Source: Verrucomicrobiia bacterium
GTDB lineage: Bacteria; Verrucomicrobiota; Verrucomicrobiia; Limisphaerales; JAKPVM01
Assembly (NCBI GenBank): GCA_049968335.1
Contig: JBMFQZ010000013.1
Location: 15,965 to 79,964 of the forward strand
Length of the DNA stretch: 64,000 bases
Reading direction: 5' to 3'
The notes under the pieces are model-generated. The model was given only the letters and a program-made list of their open reading frames with translations. It was not told the origin of the DNA and searched no databases. Position numbers and translations under genes: made by a program. Positions 48,213 to 56,545 of this stretch are shown in pieces. Numbering within the stretch: position 1 is the stretch's first letter; every line of letters starts with the position of its first letter.

Positions 48213-49514
48213 ATGAAACACAACAAAATCAGCAGACGCGAGTTTTTGCGTCAATCAAAAAAAATCACCATTGCCGTTGGCGCTGGTGTGGCATTGCCAA
48301 ATATCTTCCTAAATAAAACTAAGGCTCAGACTGGAGAAAATCCGAGTGAATTTATCCGCGTCGGTTTTATCGGTGTCGGCGGTCAGGGCAAAAGCAATAT
48401 GCGGGCATTGATTAAGAATGCCGTTGCTGTTTGCGATGTGGATAAAAATAATCTCAAGTCGGCTCACGATATGATTCTGAAGGCGATACCAGACCGCAAG
48501 GTAGCCACATTTGGAGATTATCGGAAAATGATTGAAGATAAATCAATTGATGCTGTATTGATCTCCACCCCAGACCACTGGCATGCTTTGGCGGCTGCCG
48601 ACGCAATGGTTGCCGGGAAAGATGTCTATTGCGAAAAACCGCTGACGTTAACGATTCACGAGGGACAGGTTCTTGTAAAGATTGCGCGCAAATATAATCG
48701 AATTCTCCAAACAGGGAGTCAGCAACGTTCTGACCCGCGCTTTAGAAAGGCATGCGAATATGTTCGTTCTGGTCGGTTAGGAAAGATTCATACCGTCCGC
48801 GTCGGTTTACCGGGTGTTAACTGGACAAAAGAGCCGCTTGTTCCTGATAGCGCACCGCCACCGGAATTGGATTACGATATGTGGCTTGGTCCGGCTCCGT
48901 GGCGCCCGTACAACAAACACCGTGTCCATTACTATTTCAGGTTTTTCTGGGATTACTCCGGCGGACAGATGACGAACTGGGGGGCGCATCACATTGACAT
49001 TGCGCAGTGGGGACTCGGAATGGACGAAAGCGGTCCGGTGGAGATCGAAGGCACAGCTTCTTTTGACCCGCAAAAACGTTATGAAGTGCCGGAAAAATTC
49101 ACCGTCACATATAAATACGCAAACGGCGTAACTTTGTATTGCGAAAGTCCGGCGGCTAAAAATGGAACCACATTTATCGGTGAAAAAGGATCAATTTATG
49201 TTACGCGCGGCAATATTGAATCCGATCCGGAATCAATCCTTGAAGAGCCGCTCAAAGAGACCGATGTCCACCTTTACGAGAGCAAGAATCATCATCAAAA
49301 CTGGCTGGACTGCATAAAGAGCAGAAAACTTCCAATCTGCGACGTAGCGATTGGGCACAGGTCGGCAACCATTTGCCATCTCGGCAATATCTCTATACGG
49401 ACTCAAAAGAAAATAAAATGGGACCCGGCGAAAGAAGAGATCATTGGCGATGCCGAACTTGCCAAATGGGTCAGCAAACCATATCGCGCGCCGTGGAAAT
49501 TGCCCGCAGTGTAA
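48213..49514 (+). CDS. Gfo/Idh/MocA-family oxidoreductase with a twin-arginine signal
   Basis: SRREFLRQS Tat motif, Rossmann start IRVGFIGVGGQG, then ISTPDHWHA and EKPLT motifs. Confidence 0.85.
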   Translation: MKHNKISRREFLRQSKKITIAVGAGVALPNIFLNKTKAQTGENPSEFIRVGFIGVGGQGKSNMRALIKNAVAVCDVDKNNLKSAHDMILKAIPDRKVATFGDYRKMIEDKSIDAVLISTPDHWHALAAADAMVAGKDVYCEKPLTLTIHEGQVLVKIARKYNRILQTGSQQRSDPRFRKACEYVRSGRLGKIHTVRVGLPGVNWTKEPLVPDSAPPPELDYDMWLGPAPWRPYNKHRVHYYFRFFWDYSGGQMTNWGAHHIDIAQWGLGMDESGPVEIEGTASFDPQKRYEVPEKFTVTYKYANGVTLYCESPAAKNGTTFIGEKGSIYVTRGNIESDPESILEEPLKETDVHLYESKNHHQNWLDCIKSRKLPICDVAIGHRSATICHLGNISIRTQKKIKWDPAKEEIIGDAELAKWVSKPYRAPWKLPAV

Positions 49515-49582
49515 AAGTTGATAATTAAACAAATTTGACATCCGTCAAAACACCCGACGCCAGTTCGGTATATGTTGCTATT

Positions 49583-50479
49583 ATGAATTTAATTTCAAAA
49601 ACAATCAGGCGTCGGGTAATAAAAATTGATGAAGAGAAATGCGACGGTTGCGGGGAGTGTATTCCAAACTGTCCGGAAGGCGCCATCGCGATAGTCAACG
49701 GAAAAGCAAAATTGGTTAACGAACCTAATTGCGACGGACTGGGGGCGTGTATTGGACATTGCCCGCGCGGCGCTATTACAGTTGAAGAACGAGATGCCCC
49801 TGTTTATGATGAAATTGCGGTTTTAAAAGAGGTTATAAAACGGGGCGAAACAGCGGTGCGAGCCCACCTTGAGCATTTAAAACAGCATAATGAATTAGAA
49901 CATCTGCGCGTGGCAACCGATTATCTTAAATCTGTTAATTACTATCCCTCTAACATCGCGTCAAAGACGACCGTCCGTTCGGGATGTCCGGGCTCAATGT
50001 CAATGAGTTTTCTACCGAAAAATAGAGTTGCTGAACCCGATAAATCTGCAACTCTGGAAGATTTGACCAGCGGCAATGAAATAAATCCGTCAAAATTAAC
50101 TCACTGGCCTATCCAGCTTCACCTGATCAATTCGCTTTCCCCGCACTATCAGGAGTCCGATTTGTTGCTCGCCGCCGATTGCGTCCCGTTTGCCTTTGCA
50201 GATTTTCATAAACGATTTTTATCGGGAAAAACGCTCGCAATTGCCTGCCCGAAACTTGATACAAACCAGGATGTTTATCTGGATAAATTAGTCCGTCTGA
50301 TAGACGATGCGCGGATTAAATCAATCACGGTTGTAATAATGCAAGTTCCGTGTTGTTTTGGACTTTTTAGACTTGCGCAGAAGGCGGTATCAAAAGCCAC
50401 CAGACCTGTGGCGATTGAACTTGTGGTCGTTAGCTTGCAGGGAAAAATTTTAAAACATAGTTCCGCCAATGCCGGTTAA
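49583..50479 (+). CDS. 4Fe-4S dicluster domain protein
   Basis: CDGCGECIPNCP and CDGLGACIGHCP ferredoxin motifs, with a Cys-containing C-terminal domain (ACPKLD...QVPCCFG). The ATG at 49583 is preferred over the TTG at 49535 in the ORF track. Confidence 0.7.
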   Translation: MNLISKTIRRRVIKIDEEKCDGCGECIPNCPEGAIAIVNGKAKLVNEPNCDGLGACIGHCPRGAITVEERDAPVYDEIAVLKEVIKRGETAVRAHLEHLKQHNELEHLRVATDYLKSVNYYPSNIASKTTVRSGCPGSMSMSFLPKNRVAEPDKSATLEDLTSGNEINPSKLTHWPIQLHLINSLSPHYQESDLLLAADCVPFAFADFHKRFLSGKTLAIACPKLDTNQDVYLDKLVRLIDDARIKSITVVIMQVPCCFGLFRLAQKAVSKATRPVAIELVVVSLQGKILKHSSANAG

Positions 50480-50615
50480 ATTATAAATAATAACCTGAAC
50501 GGTTAACGCTTTAGCGCCGAGCAATTGAATCTATGGATTTATTTTAAAACTGAATTGAATAAAGCGCTTTTTGAGAGAGGTATTAAGTCAAGGGACTAAA
50601 TGCATATTTAATTTA

Positions 50616-50713
50616 GGTATAATATAAAAAGATTTTCCTTCCATATTAAACCATCGGTATAATATGGAAAAATTAATTCTGTATATTATAGTGTAGGTAT
50701 AATATGGAAAAAA
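50616..50713 (+). promoter_or_regulatory. Three copies of GGTATAATAT(A/G)(A/G)AAAA spaced exactly 40 bp apart
   Basis: Copies start at 50616, 50656 and 50696. Each contains a perfect TATAAT. The spacers hold inverted partial copies (TTCCATATTA at 50639-50648 pairs with TAATATGGAA at 50660-50669). The array lies 260-350 nt upstream of lemA. Confidence 0.5.
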
Positions 50714-50812
50714 CAGCAGAGCCGGCGTATATGTAAGGCAGCCAACAGGTTACAGCGCGTTTATCCCGAAACCTTTGCCGAATACGGACATTTAATCTTG
50801 TGATATTTAAAC

Positions 50813-50854
50813 TCACAAAGCGGTGTTGCGTCTGCTCCAGCAGCATTGCAGTCC
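50813..50854 (+). repeat. Member C of the TCACAAAGCGGTG hairpin repeat family
   Basis: TCACAAAGCGGTGTTGCGTCTGCTCCAGCAGCATTGCAGTCC followed by an A-run, as in member B. Confidence 0.55.
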
Positions 50855-50970
50855 AAAAAAATTTTTCAAATTTAAATTTACCCAATATTTGATTTTTTTT
50901 GAAATGCTCAGCCTTCGTTGTTTTCTCCCTTAAATCTTTACTAATCTTTAAAACGTTGTAATTTTTAGGT

Positions 50971-51600
50971 ATGAATAAGGCTTCAATCTGGCTGGGGATT
51001 ATTGTTGTTGGGATAGTGTTGGTTATTGCTGGCGGGTGCGCCGGTTATAACAGGATGGTGAGGTTAGACCAGGCGGTGCAGGCTGCTTGGGCTCAGGTGC
51101 AGAACGATTACCAGAGGCGCGCAGACCTTGTGCCTAATCTGGTAAAAACAGTCTCCGGGGCGGCGAATTTTGAGCGAACGGTTTTGAACGAAGTGGTTGA
51201 GGCGCGAAGCCGCGTTGGTCAAATTCAGCTGTCAAACGCGCCGGATAACCCGGAAAAACTGAAGCAGTTTGATCAAGCTCAGTCGCAACTATCGTCTGCC
51301 TTATCGCGGTTGCTTGTGGTTGTTGAGCGGTATCCGGAGTTGAAGGCGAGCGCCAATTTTCGCGATCTGCAGGCTCAACTTGAAGGAACGGAAAACCGCA
51401 TAGTCGTGGCGCGGCGCGATTTTAACGAAGCGGTTCGCGCCTACAATACGGCGATTAAGAGTGTGCCGTGGGTGTTTTTTGCAGGGGCTTTAGGATTCAA
51501 TCCCAAACCGTATTTTGAAGCTACGCCCGGGGCTGAGAAACCGCCACAGGTCAATTTTGATTTTAATCAGAAGCCGTCATCTGCGTCGGGGACAAAATAA
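50971..51600 (+). CDS. lemA: LemA family protein
   Basis: N-terminal TM helix, then GYNRMVRLDQAV..AWAQVQNDYQRRADLVPNLV...RYPELKA...F..LQ..LEGTENRI..AR..FN, the canonical LemA sequence. Confidence 0.9.
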   Translation: MNKASIWLGIIVVGIVLVIAGGCAGYNRMVRLDQAVQAAWAQVQNDYQRRADLVPNLVKTVSGAANFERTVLNEVVEARSRVGQIQLSNAPDNPEKLKQFDQAQSQLSSALSRLLVVVERYPELKASANFRDLQAQLEGTENRIVVARRDFNEAVRAYNTAIKSVPWVFFAGALGFNPKPYFEATPGAEKPPQVNFDFNQKPSSASGTK

Positions 51601-52398
51601 ATGTTTGCTTGTGTTGTTAACTTCAATCTTTCGGCTGGCAGAGCAAGACGCGCGTTTTACTCTGTGGCGTTGGCGGTTTTATTCTGCGCAGGTCTGGTCT
51701 CTTTTGCGGCTCAACTGCCTCCCGCGCCGTCTCAATACATTGTTGACAAAGCCGGGGTTTTACGCCAGCAGGATATAGCCGATATAGATAAAATGCTTTC
51801 CGATATAGAAAGGCAGACATCTTGTCAGGTTGTAGTCGCGATATATGAATCTCTGCCTTCTGGCGAGGCGCTTGAGGATTACGCAAACCGTCTTTTCCGC
51901 GCCTGGGGGATAGGTAAAAAAGAGAAAAACAACGGGGTGCTGTTGCTGATTTTTATTAAGGACAGGAAGTTGCGGATTGAAGTCGGATATGGTTTGGAAG
52001 GGGTGATTCCGGACGCAATTGCCAAGCGGATTATAGATGAAAAGATCGCGCCGTTTTTCCGCTCGGGCAATTACAGCGGGGGGATAAAGAGCGGGATAAG
52101 CGCGATTAATTCCGCGATAAAAGGAGAGTATAAACCTGTTGCGAATTCCAGGGCGCCTGCGCTTCCGATTGCGGCAATTCCGTTTCTTGCTTTTATGATT
52201 TTCTGGTTGACGACGGTTATAGTTATCTCGCGGATGAGATATCAGTATACGGGCGCGGGCAGGACGCGGCGGTGGGGTCCATTTACTATTACTACTGGCG
52301 GCTACGGTTCTGGCGGCGGCTGGAGCGGAGGTGGCGGCGGCGGATTTAGTGGAGGTGGCGGCAGTTCAGGCGGCGGCGGCGCAAGCGGAAGCTGGTAA
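51601..52398 (+). CDS. TPM-domain (YgcG-like) membrane protein with a Gly-rich tail
   Basis: The ATG abuts the lemA stop. YIVDKAGVL...VVVAIYESLP...NNGVLLLIFIKDRKLRIEVGYGLEG, a TM helix, and a GGGWSGGGGGGFSGGGGSSGGGGASGSW tail. Confidence 0.85.
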   Translation: MFACVVNFNLSAGRARRAFYSVALAVLFCAGLVSFAAQLPPAPSQYIVDKAGVLRQQDIADIDKMLSDIERQTSCQVVVAIYESLPSGEALEDYANRLFRAWGIGKKEKNNGVLLLIFIKDRKLRIEVGYGLEGVIPDAIAKRIIDEKIAPFFRSGNYSGGIKSGISAINSAIKGEYKPVANSRAPALPIAAIPFLAFMIFWLTTVIVISRMRYQYTGAGRTRRWGPFTITTGGYGSGGGWSGGGGGGFSGGGGSSGGGGASGSW

Positions 52399-52407
52399 AG
52401 GAAATAA

Positions 52408-52860
52408 ATGTTTATGAAGGCGCGTGATTTTGTAAAAAAACTTGATGATAAAAAGATCGCTGAGGCGATTGCCGGTGTTGAAAAAACGACATCAGGAGAA
52501 ATTCGCGTCGTTGTTGATTCAAGGGATGCGCGCGACGCGCTTGAAGCCGCAAAGACAGAATTTTTTAAATTGGGAATGGACAAAACGCGCGACAGGAACG
52601 CCGTTTTAATCTATTTTGCGCCAAAAACTCGTCAGTTTGCTCTCTGGGGCGACGCGGCGGTTCATCAAAAATGCGGCGATGATTTCTGGAAAAAGATTGC
52701 CAGCGAGATGACCGATTTATTGCGTCAGGAAAAATTTACAGAGGCGATAGTACTGGCTGTAAATCGCGTGGGGGAGACGTTGACGCGGCATTTTCCGAAA
52801 ATGCCGGATGACACCAATGAACTGCCCGACGATGTGGTTTTTCGCGAGCCGCCGCAATAA
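52408..52860 (+). CDS. TPM-domain protein (TLP18.3/Psb32/MOLO-1 superfamily)
   Basis: IAEAIAGVEKTTSGEIRVVV...RNAVLIYFAPKTRQFALWGD pattern. It is the third gene of the LemA module. Confidence 0.7.
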   Translation: MFMKARDFVKKLDDKKIAEAIAGVEKTTSGEIRVVVDSRDARDALEAAKTEFFKLGMDKTRDRNAVLIYFAPKTRQFALWGDAAVHQKCGDDFWKKIASEMTDLLRQEKFTEAIVLAVNRVGETLTRHFPKMPDDTNELPDDVVFREPPQ

Positions 52861-53053
52861 CCAGGACAATTGGTAAAAGGAAGGAAGTTGGTTTTAAAAT
52901 TAGGTCTGGCGGGGTTAAAGGCGGCTTATCCCGCGCAAAAGGGCTGTTCATAAAAATTGTTGCTTCGCGTGTTGGACTGGTTTCAAAGAGGGGGCTGTCT
53001 GTTTTTTCTTTGCAACTTGCCCGAATCTGTTTTGAGTTTAAATTATATAAATT

Positions 53054-54145
53054 ATGACCTGTGTTGAATGCACGGATGAATTGAAGCAGAAGGTTTGGGA
53101 TGGCGAGCGAATAAGCGCGGATGAAGCCCGCGCGCTTTATGACCTGCCGCTTGAAGAACTTGGCGCGCTTGCCGATAGACGCCGCAACATTGCAAAGGCA
53201 AAGGCGTATGGCGGCAACGGCAATAAAATTGTTACTTATATCGTTGATCGGAACATTAATTACAGCAATGTGTGCAATGTTTATTGCAAGTTTTGCGCCT
53301 TCTGGAGAAGAGAAAAGGCGGCTGACGCGTATGTGATTAGTTTTGATGAGATTGATAAAAAGATTGAAGAGACAATCGCGTTGGGGGGGACGCAAATTTT
53401 GTTGCAGGGGGGACATCATCCCGGGTTGCCGTTGCAGTGGTATCTTGACCTGTTAAGCCATATCAAATCTAAATTTCCTCAAATCAACATCCACGGGTTC
53501 AGTCCGAGCGAATTCATTCACTTTGAAAAAATATTTAATTTGCCGTTAGAAGATATTTTAAAGCAGTTCATACGCGCCGGGCTTGGTTCAATACCCGGCG
53601 GCGGGGCGGAGATACTCGTGGACAGGGTAAGGAAACAGATTTCGCCTCTTAAAGCCACGACCGGCGAGTGGTTGCGGGTGATGGATGTTGCGCACAGATT
53701 GGGATTAAAAACAAGCGCAACGATGATGTTCGGTCATATTGAGACGGTTGAAGAGAGGATTGAACATCTTGACAGGTTGCGGGTTCAGCAGGATAAAACC
53801 GGCGGATTTACCGCGTTTATCTGCTGGACATTTCAGCCGGAGAATACGCGGTTAAAACTGCCCCCGCTTGGCGCGCATCATTATCTAAAAACCCAGGCGC
53901 TGGCGCGGATATATCTTGATAATTTTGAGAATGTGCAGGCGTCATGGGTTACTCAAGGTCCGCAGATTGGTCAGATTGCGTTGAAGTTTGGAGCAAACGA
54001 CCTTGGCAGCATAATGATTGAAGAAAATGTGGTGCGGCAGGCTGGCGCCTGTTACAGGATGGCGGTGAAAGATATGCGCCGCTTGATCAGAGACGCAGGT
54101 TACGAGCCTCACCAACGAGATAACTGGTACAGGCTGGTGAATTGA
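53054..54145 (+). CDS. mqnC: Radical SAM menaquinone (futalosine pathway) enzyme, most like cyclic dehypoxanthinyl futalosine synthase
   Basis: YIVDRNINYSNVCNVYCKFCAF (CxxxCxxC), GGTQILLQGGHHP, IHGFSPSE, IPGGGAEIL, SATMMFGHIETVEERIEHL and GGFTAFICWTFQP. MqnE cannot be fully excluded. Confidence 0.7.
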   Translation: MTCVECTDELKQKVWDGERISADEARALYDLPLEELGALADRRRNIAKAKAYGGNGNKIVTYIVDRNINYSNVCNVYCKFCAFWRREKAADAYVISFDEIDKKIEETIALGGTQILLQGGHHPGLPLQWYLDLLSHIKSKFPQINIHGFSPSEFIHFEKIFNLPLEDILKQFIRAGLGSIPGGGAEILVDRVRKQISPLKATTGEWLRVMDVAHRLGLKTSATMMFGHIETVEERIEHLDRLRVQQDKTGGFTAFICWTFQPENTRLKLPPLGAHHYLKTQALARIYLDNFENVQASWVTQGPQIGQIALKFGANDLGSIMIEENVVRQAGACYRMAVKDMRRLIRDAGYEPHQRDNWYRLVN

Positions 54146-54237
54146 AATAAAATCCGCTGGCGCGTTTAAAGGCAGAATTATAATATTTATCAGTCATACT
54201 GTTTTAGAAAAATCCGCTTTTAAAAATCGGAATAAAG

Positions 54238-56397
54238 ATGATGAGCAATAGTTTAAAATTAACAGGGTTAATATCAGTTGCGATGGTTGGTTCACTTTTC
54301 ATAATGACTTCCTGCGCCCATAACAGGCATCGGTTAAATTATCCTGTAACTGCGCGTACAAATTACGTTGATTATTATCACGGTGTTGCGGTTAGCGATC
54401 CGTATAGGTGGCTTGAAGATTTGAATTCAGAGCAGGTTAAAAAATGGGTTGAGGAGCAGAACCGGGTTACATTTGATTTTCTTGGCAAAATACCCCAGCG
54501 AGAGGCGATAAAGCGGAGGCTCACAGAGTTGTGGAATTTTGAGCGATTCGGGGCGCCGTTTAAAAAAGGGAATCGTTATTTTTATTCACACAACAACGGA
54601 TTGCAGAATCAGAATGTTATCTATACCGTTGAGAGTTTAGACGGCGCGCCAAAGGTGTTGATTGATCCGAATCTGTTTGCAAAAGACGGCACAGTTGCTT
54701 TGAGCGGGCTTGCGATAACTGAGGATGGAAAATATGCCGCCTACGGGATTGCCACCGCCGGTTCTGACTGGCAGGAATGGCGCGTTCGGAATGTGGAAAC
54801 AGGCGAGGATTTGCCGGATAAAGTTGAATGGGTAAAATTTTCATCTGCGGTATGGACGGTGGATGGAAAAGGGTTTTTCTATAGCAGGTTTGACAAACCG
54901 TCTGATTCATCAAAACTGACGCAGGTTAATTATTATCACAAACTTTATTACCATAAGCTCGGTTCGCCGCAGGATGAAGATGTATTGATTTATCACAGAC
55001 CAGACCAGAAAGAGTGGAATTTTAGCCCTGAAACCACGAGCGATGGCAGGTTTTTGATTATTTCAGTCTCTCAGGGAACAAGTCCTAAACGGAGAATATT
55101 TTATCTTGACCTTAAAGCGCCGCAGGCAAAGGTAACGCCGCTTTTGACCGATTTTGACGCCGCGTATGATTTTATTGACAATGATGGCGAGGTGTTCTGG
55201 TTCAGGACAGATTTGAACGCCCCGCGCGGCAGGATTATTGCGATTGATATCCGAAACCCGCAGCGGGAAAACTGGCGGGAACTGGTTGCTGAAGCTAAAG
55301 AAACAATGACTGGTGTAAACGTTGTTGGAAATAGATTTATTGTGACTTATTTAAAAGACGCGCGCAGTCAGGTAAAGATTTTCACGCTTGATGGGAAATT
55401 TGAATATGAACTTGAACTGCCGGGCATAGGCACTGTTTCGGGGTTTTACGGTAAAAAAGAAGATACCGAAACGTTTTTCACATTTAGCGGTTTTACAACG
55501 CCCGGAACGGTCTATCGTTTTGACTTAAAGAGCAGGAAAACCGCGTTGTTTAAAAAGCCAGAGGTGAAGTTTAATCCCGATGATTTTGAAACGCGTCAGG
55601 TCTTTTATAAAAGCAAAGACGGGACGACGGTGCCGATGTTTATTACTTTTAAAAAGGGGTTAAAATTAAACGGCAAAAATCCGACTCTGCTTTACGGATA
55701 TGGCGGGTTCAATATATCAATAACGCCTGCGTTTTCGGTGCCAAATCTTGTCTGGATGGAGATGGGGGGCGTTTACGCAGTGGCGAATATTCGCGGCGGC
55801 GGCGAATATGGGGAGGAATGGCATCAAGCCGGGACAAAACTTAAAAAGCAGAATGTGTTTGATGATTTTATTGCTGCGGCAGAATATCTGATCATAAACC
55901 GTTATACCGAGCCGCGCAAATTAGCGATTGCCGGAGGCAGCAACGGCGGGTTGCTTGTTGGAGCGGTTTTAAACCAGAGACCTGATCTATTCGGCGCCGC
56001 GTTGCCTGCTGTCGGGGTTATGGATATGTTGCGATTTGACAAATTCACAATCGGCTGGGCGTGGGTCTCTGATTATGGTTCGCCGGACAATCCGGAAGAA
56101 TTCAAGGCGCTTCTGGCATATTCGCCATATCACAATGTAAAAAAAGGAGTCAAATACCCGGCAACATTAATAACAACCGCAGACCACGACGATCGGGTTG
56201 TTCCCGCTCATAGTTTCAAATATGCGGCGGCGCTTCAGAACGCGCAGGGCGGCAGCGCGCCGATTTTAATAAGGATTGAAACCCGCGCCGGGCATGGCGC
56301 CGGCAAACCGACATCTCTACTTATAGAGGAATCTGCGGACAAACTCTCGTTTCTTGTTCACACGTTAAGAATAAAACCAGAATTGCCAGCAAGATAA
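54238..56397 (+). CDS. Prolyl oligopeptidase (S9A), lipoprotein-type signal
   Basis: DPYRWLED start, a propeller region, then the catalytic GGSNGGLLVGA serine motif, DDRV and the GHG histidine region. Confidence 0.9.
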   Translation: MMSNSLKLTGLISVAMVGSLFIMTSCAHNRHRLNYPVTARTNYVDYYHGVAVSDPYRWLEDLNSEQVKKWVEEQNRVTFDFLGKIPQREAIKRRLTELWNFERFGAPFKKGNRYFYSHNNGLQNQNVIYTVESLDGAPKVLIDPNLFAKDGTVALSGLAITEDGKYAAYGIATAGSDWQEWRVRNVETGEDLPDKVEWVKFSSAVWTVDGKGFFYSRFDKPSDSSKLTQVNYYHKLYYHKLGSPQDEDVLIYHRPDQKEWNFSPETTSDGRFLIISVSQGTSPKRRIFYLDLKAPQAKVTPLLTDFDAAYDFIDNDGEVFWFRTDLNAPRGRIIAIDIRNPQRENWRELVAEAKETMTGVNVVGNRFIVTYLKDARSQVKIFTLDGKFEYELELPGIGTVSGFYGKKEDTETFFTFSGFTTPGTVYRFDLKSRKTALFKKPEVKFNPDDFETRQVFYKSKDGTTVPMFITFKKGLKLNGKNPTLLYGYGGFNISITPAFSVPNLVWMEMGGVYAVANIRGGGEYGEEWHQAGTKLKKQNVFDDFIAAAEYLIINRYTEPRKLAIAGGSNGGLLVGAVLNQRPDLFGAALPAVGVMDMLRFDKFTIGWAWVSDYGSPDNPEEFKALLAYSPYHNVKKGVKYPATLITTADHDDRVVPAHSFKYAAALQNAQGGSAPILIRIETRAGHGAGKPTSLLIEESADKLSFLVHTLRIKPELPAR

Positions 56398-56545
56398 ATT
56401 ATCCGACAATACAGGGCTAAACTGTATTGGCGTCGCCGCGGCGGCTCGCAAGCGGAGAACAACTCTGCTTTCGCCTTGCGGTGCAAGGCAAGTTTCACAG
56501 CAAAGACTATCTTTGCAAATCCGTTGTCATAAACGGGGTTTGTTT

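Noticed and set aside
50616-50713. Possible mini CRISPR array (regularly spaced repeats)
   Set aside because: There are only three copies. The repeat is 17 nt with 23-nt spacers, which is too short. The spacers contain inverted copies of the repeat, and no cas genes are in the window. A promoter or operator array fits better.
50673-50885. 70-aa minus-strand ORF in the 4Fe-4S/lemA spacer
   Set aside because: It spans hairpin element C and part of the periodic repeat array. It has no start context or motif, so it is most likely non-coding.
52736-53419. 227-aa minus-strand ORF overlapping the end of the TPM gene, the intergenic region and the start of mqnC
   Set aside because: It overlaps two well-supported + strand genes and has no recognisable motif. 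Its composition looks like antisense translation.
56398-56545. Possible tRNA or ncRNA between the convergent prolyl oligopeptidase and gcvP genes
   Set aside because: The region contains three simple hairpins (56407-56429, 56473-56489, 56500-56516). It has no cloverleaf, no T-loop consensus and no U-tracts. This is consistent with weak convergent terminator structures only.
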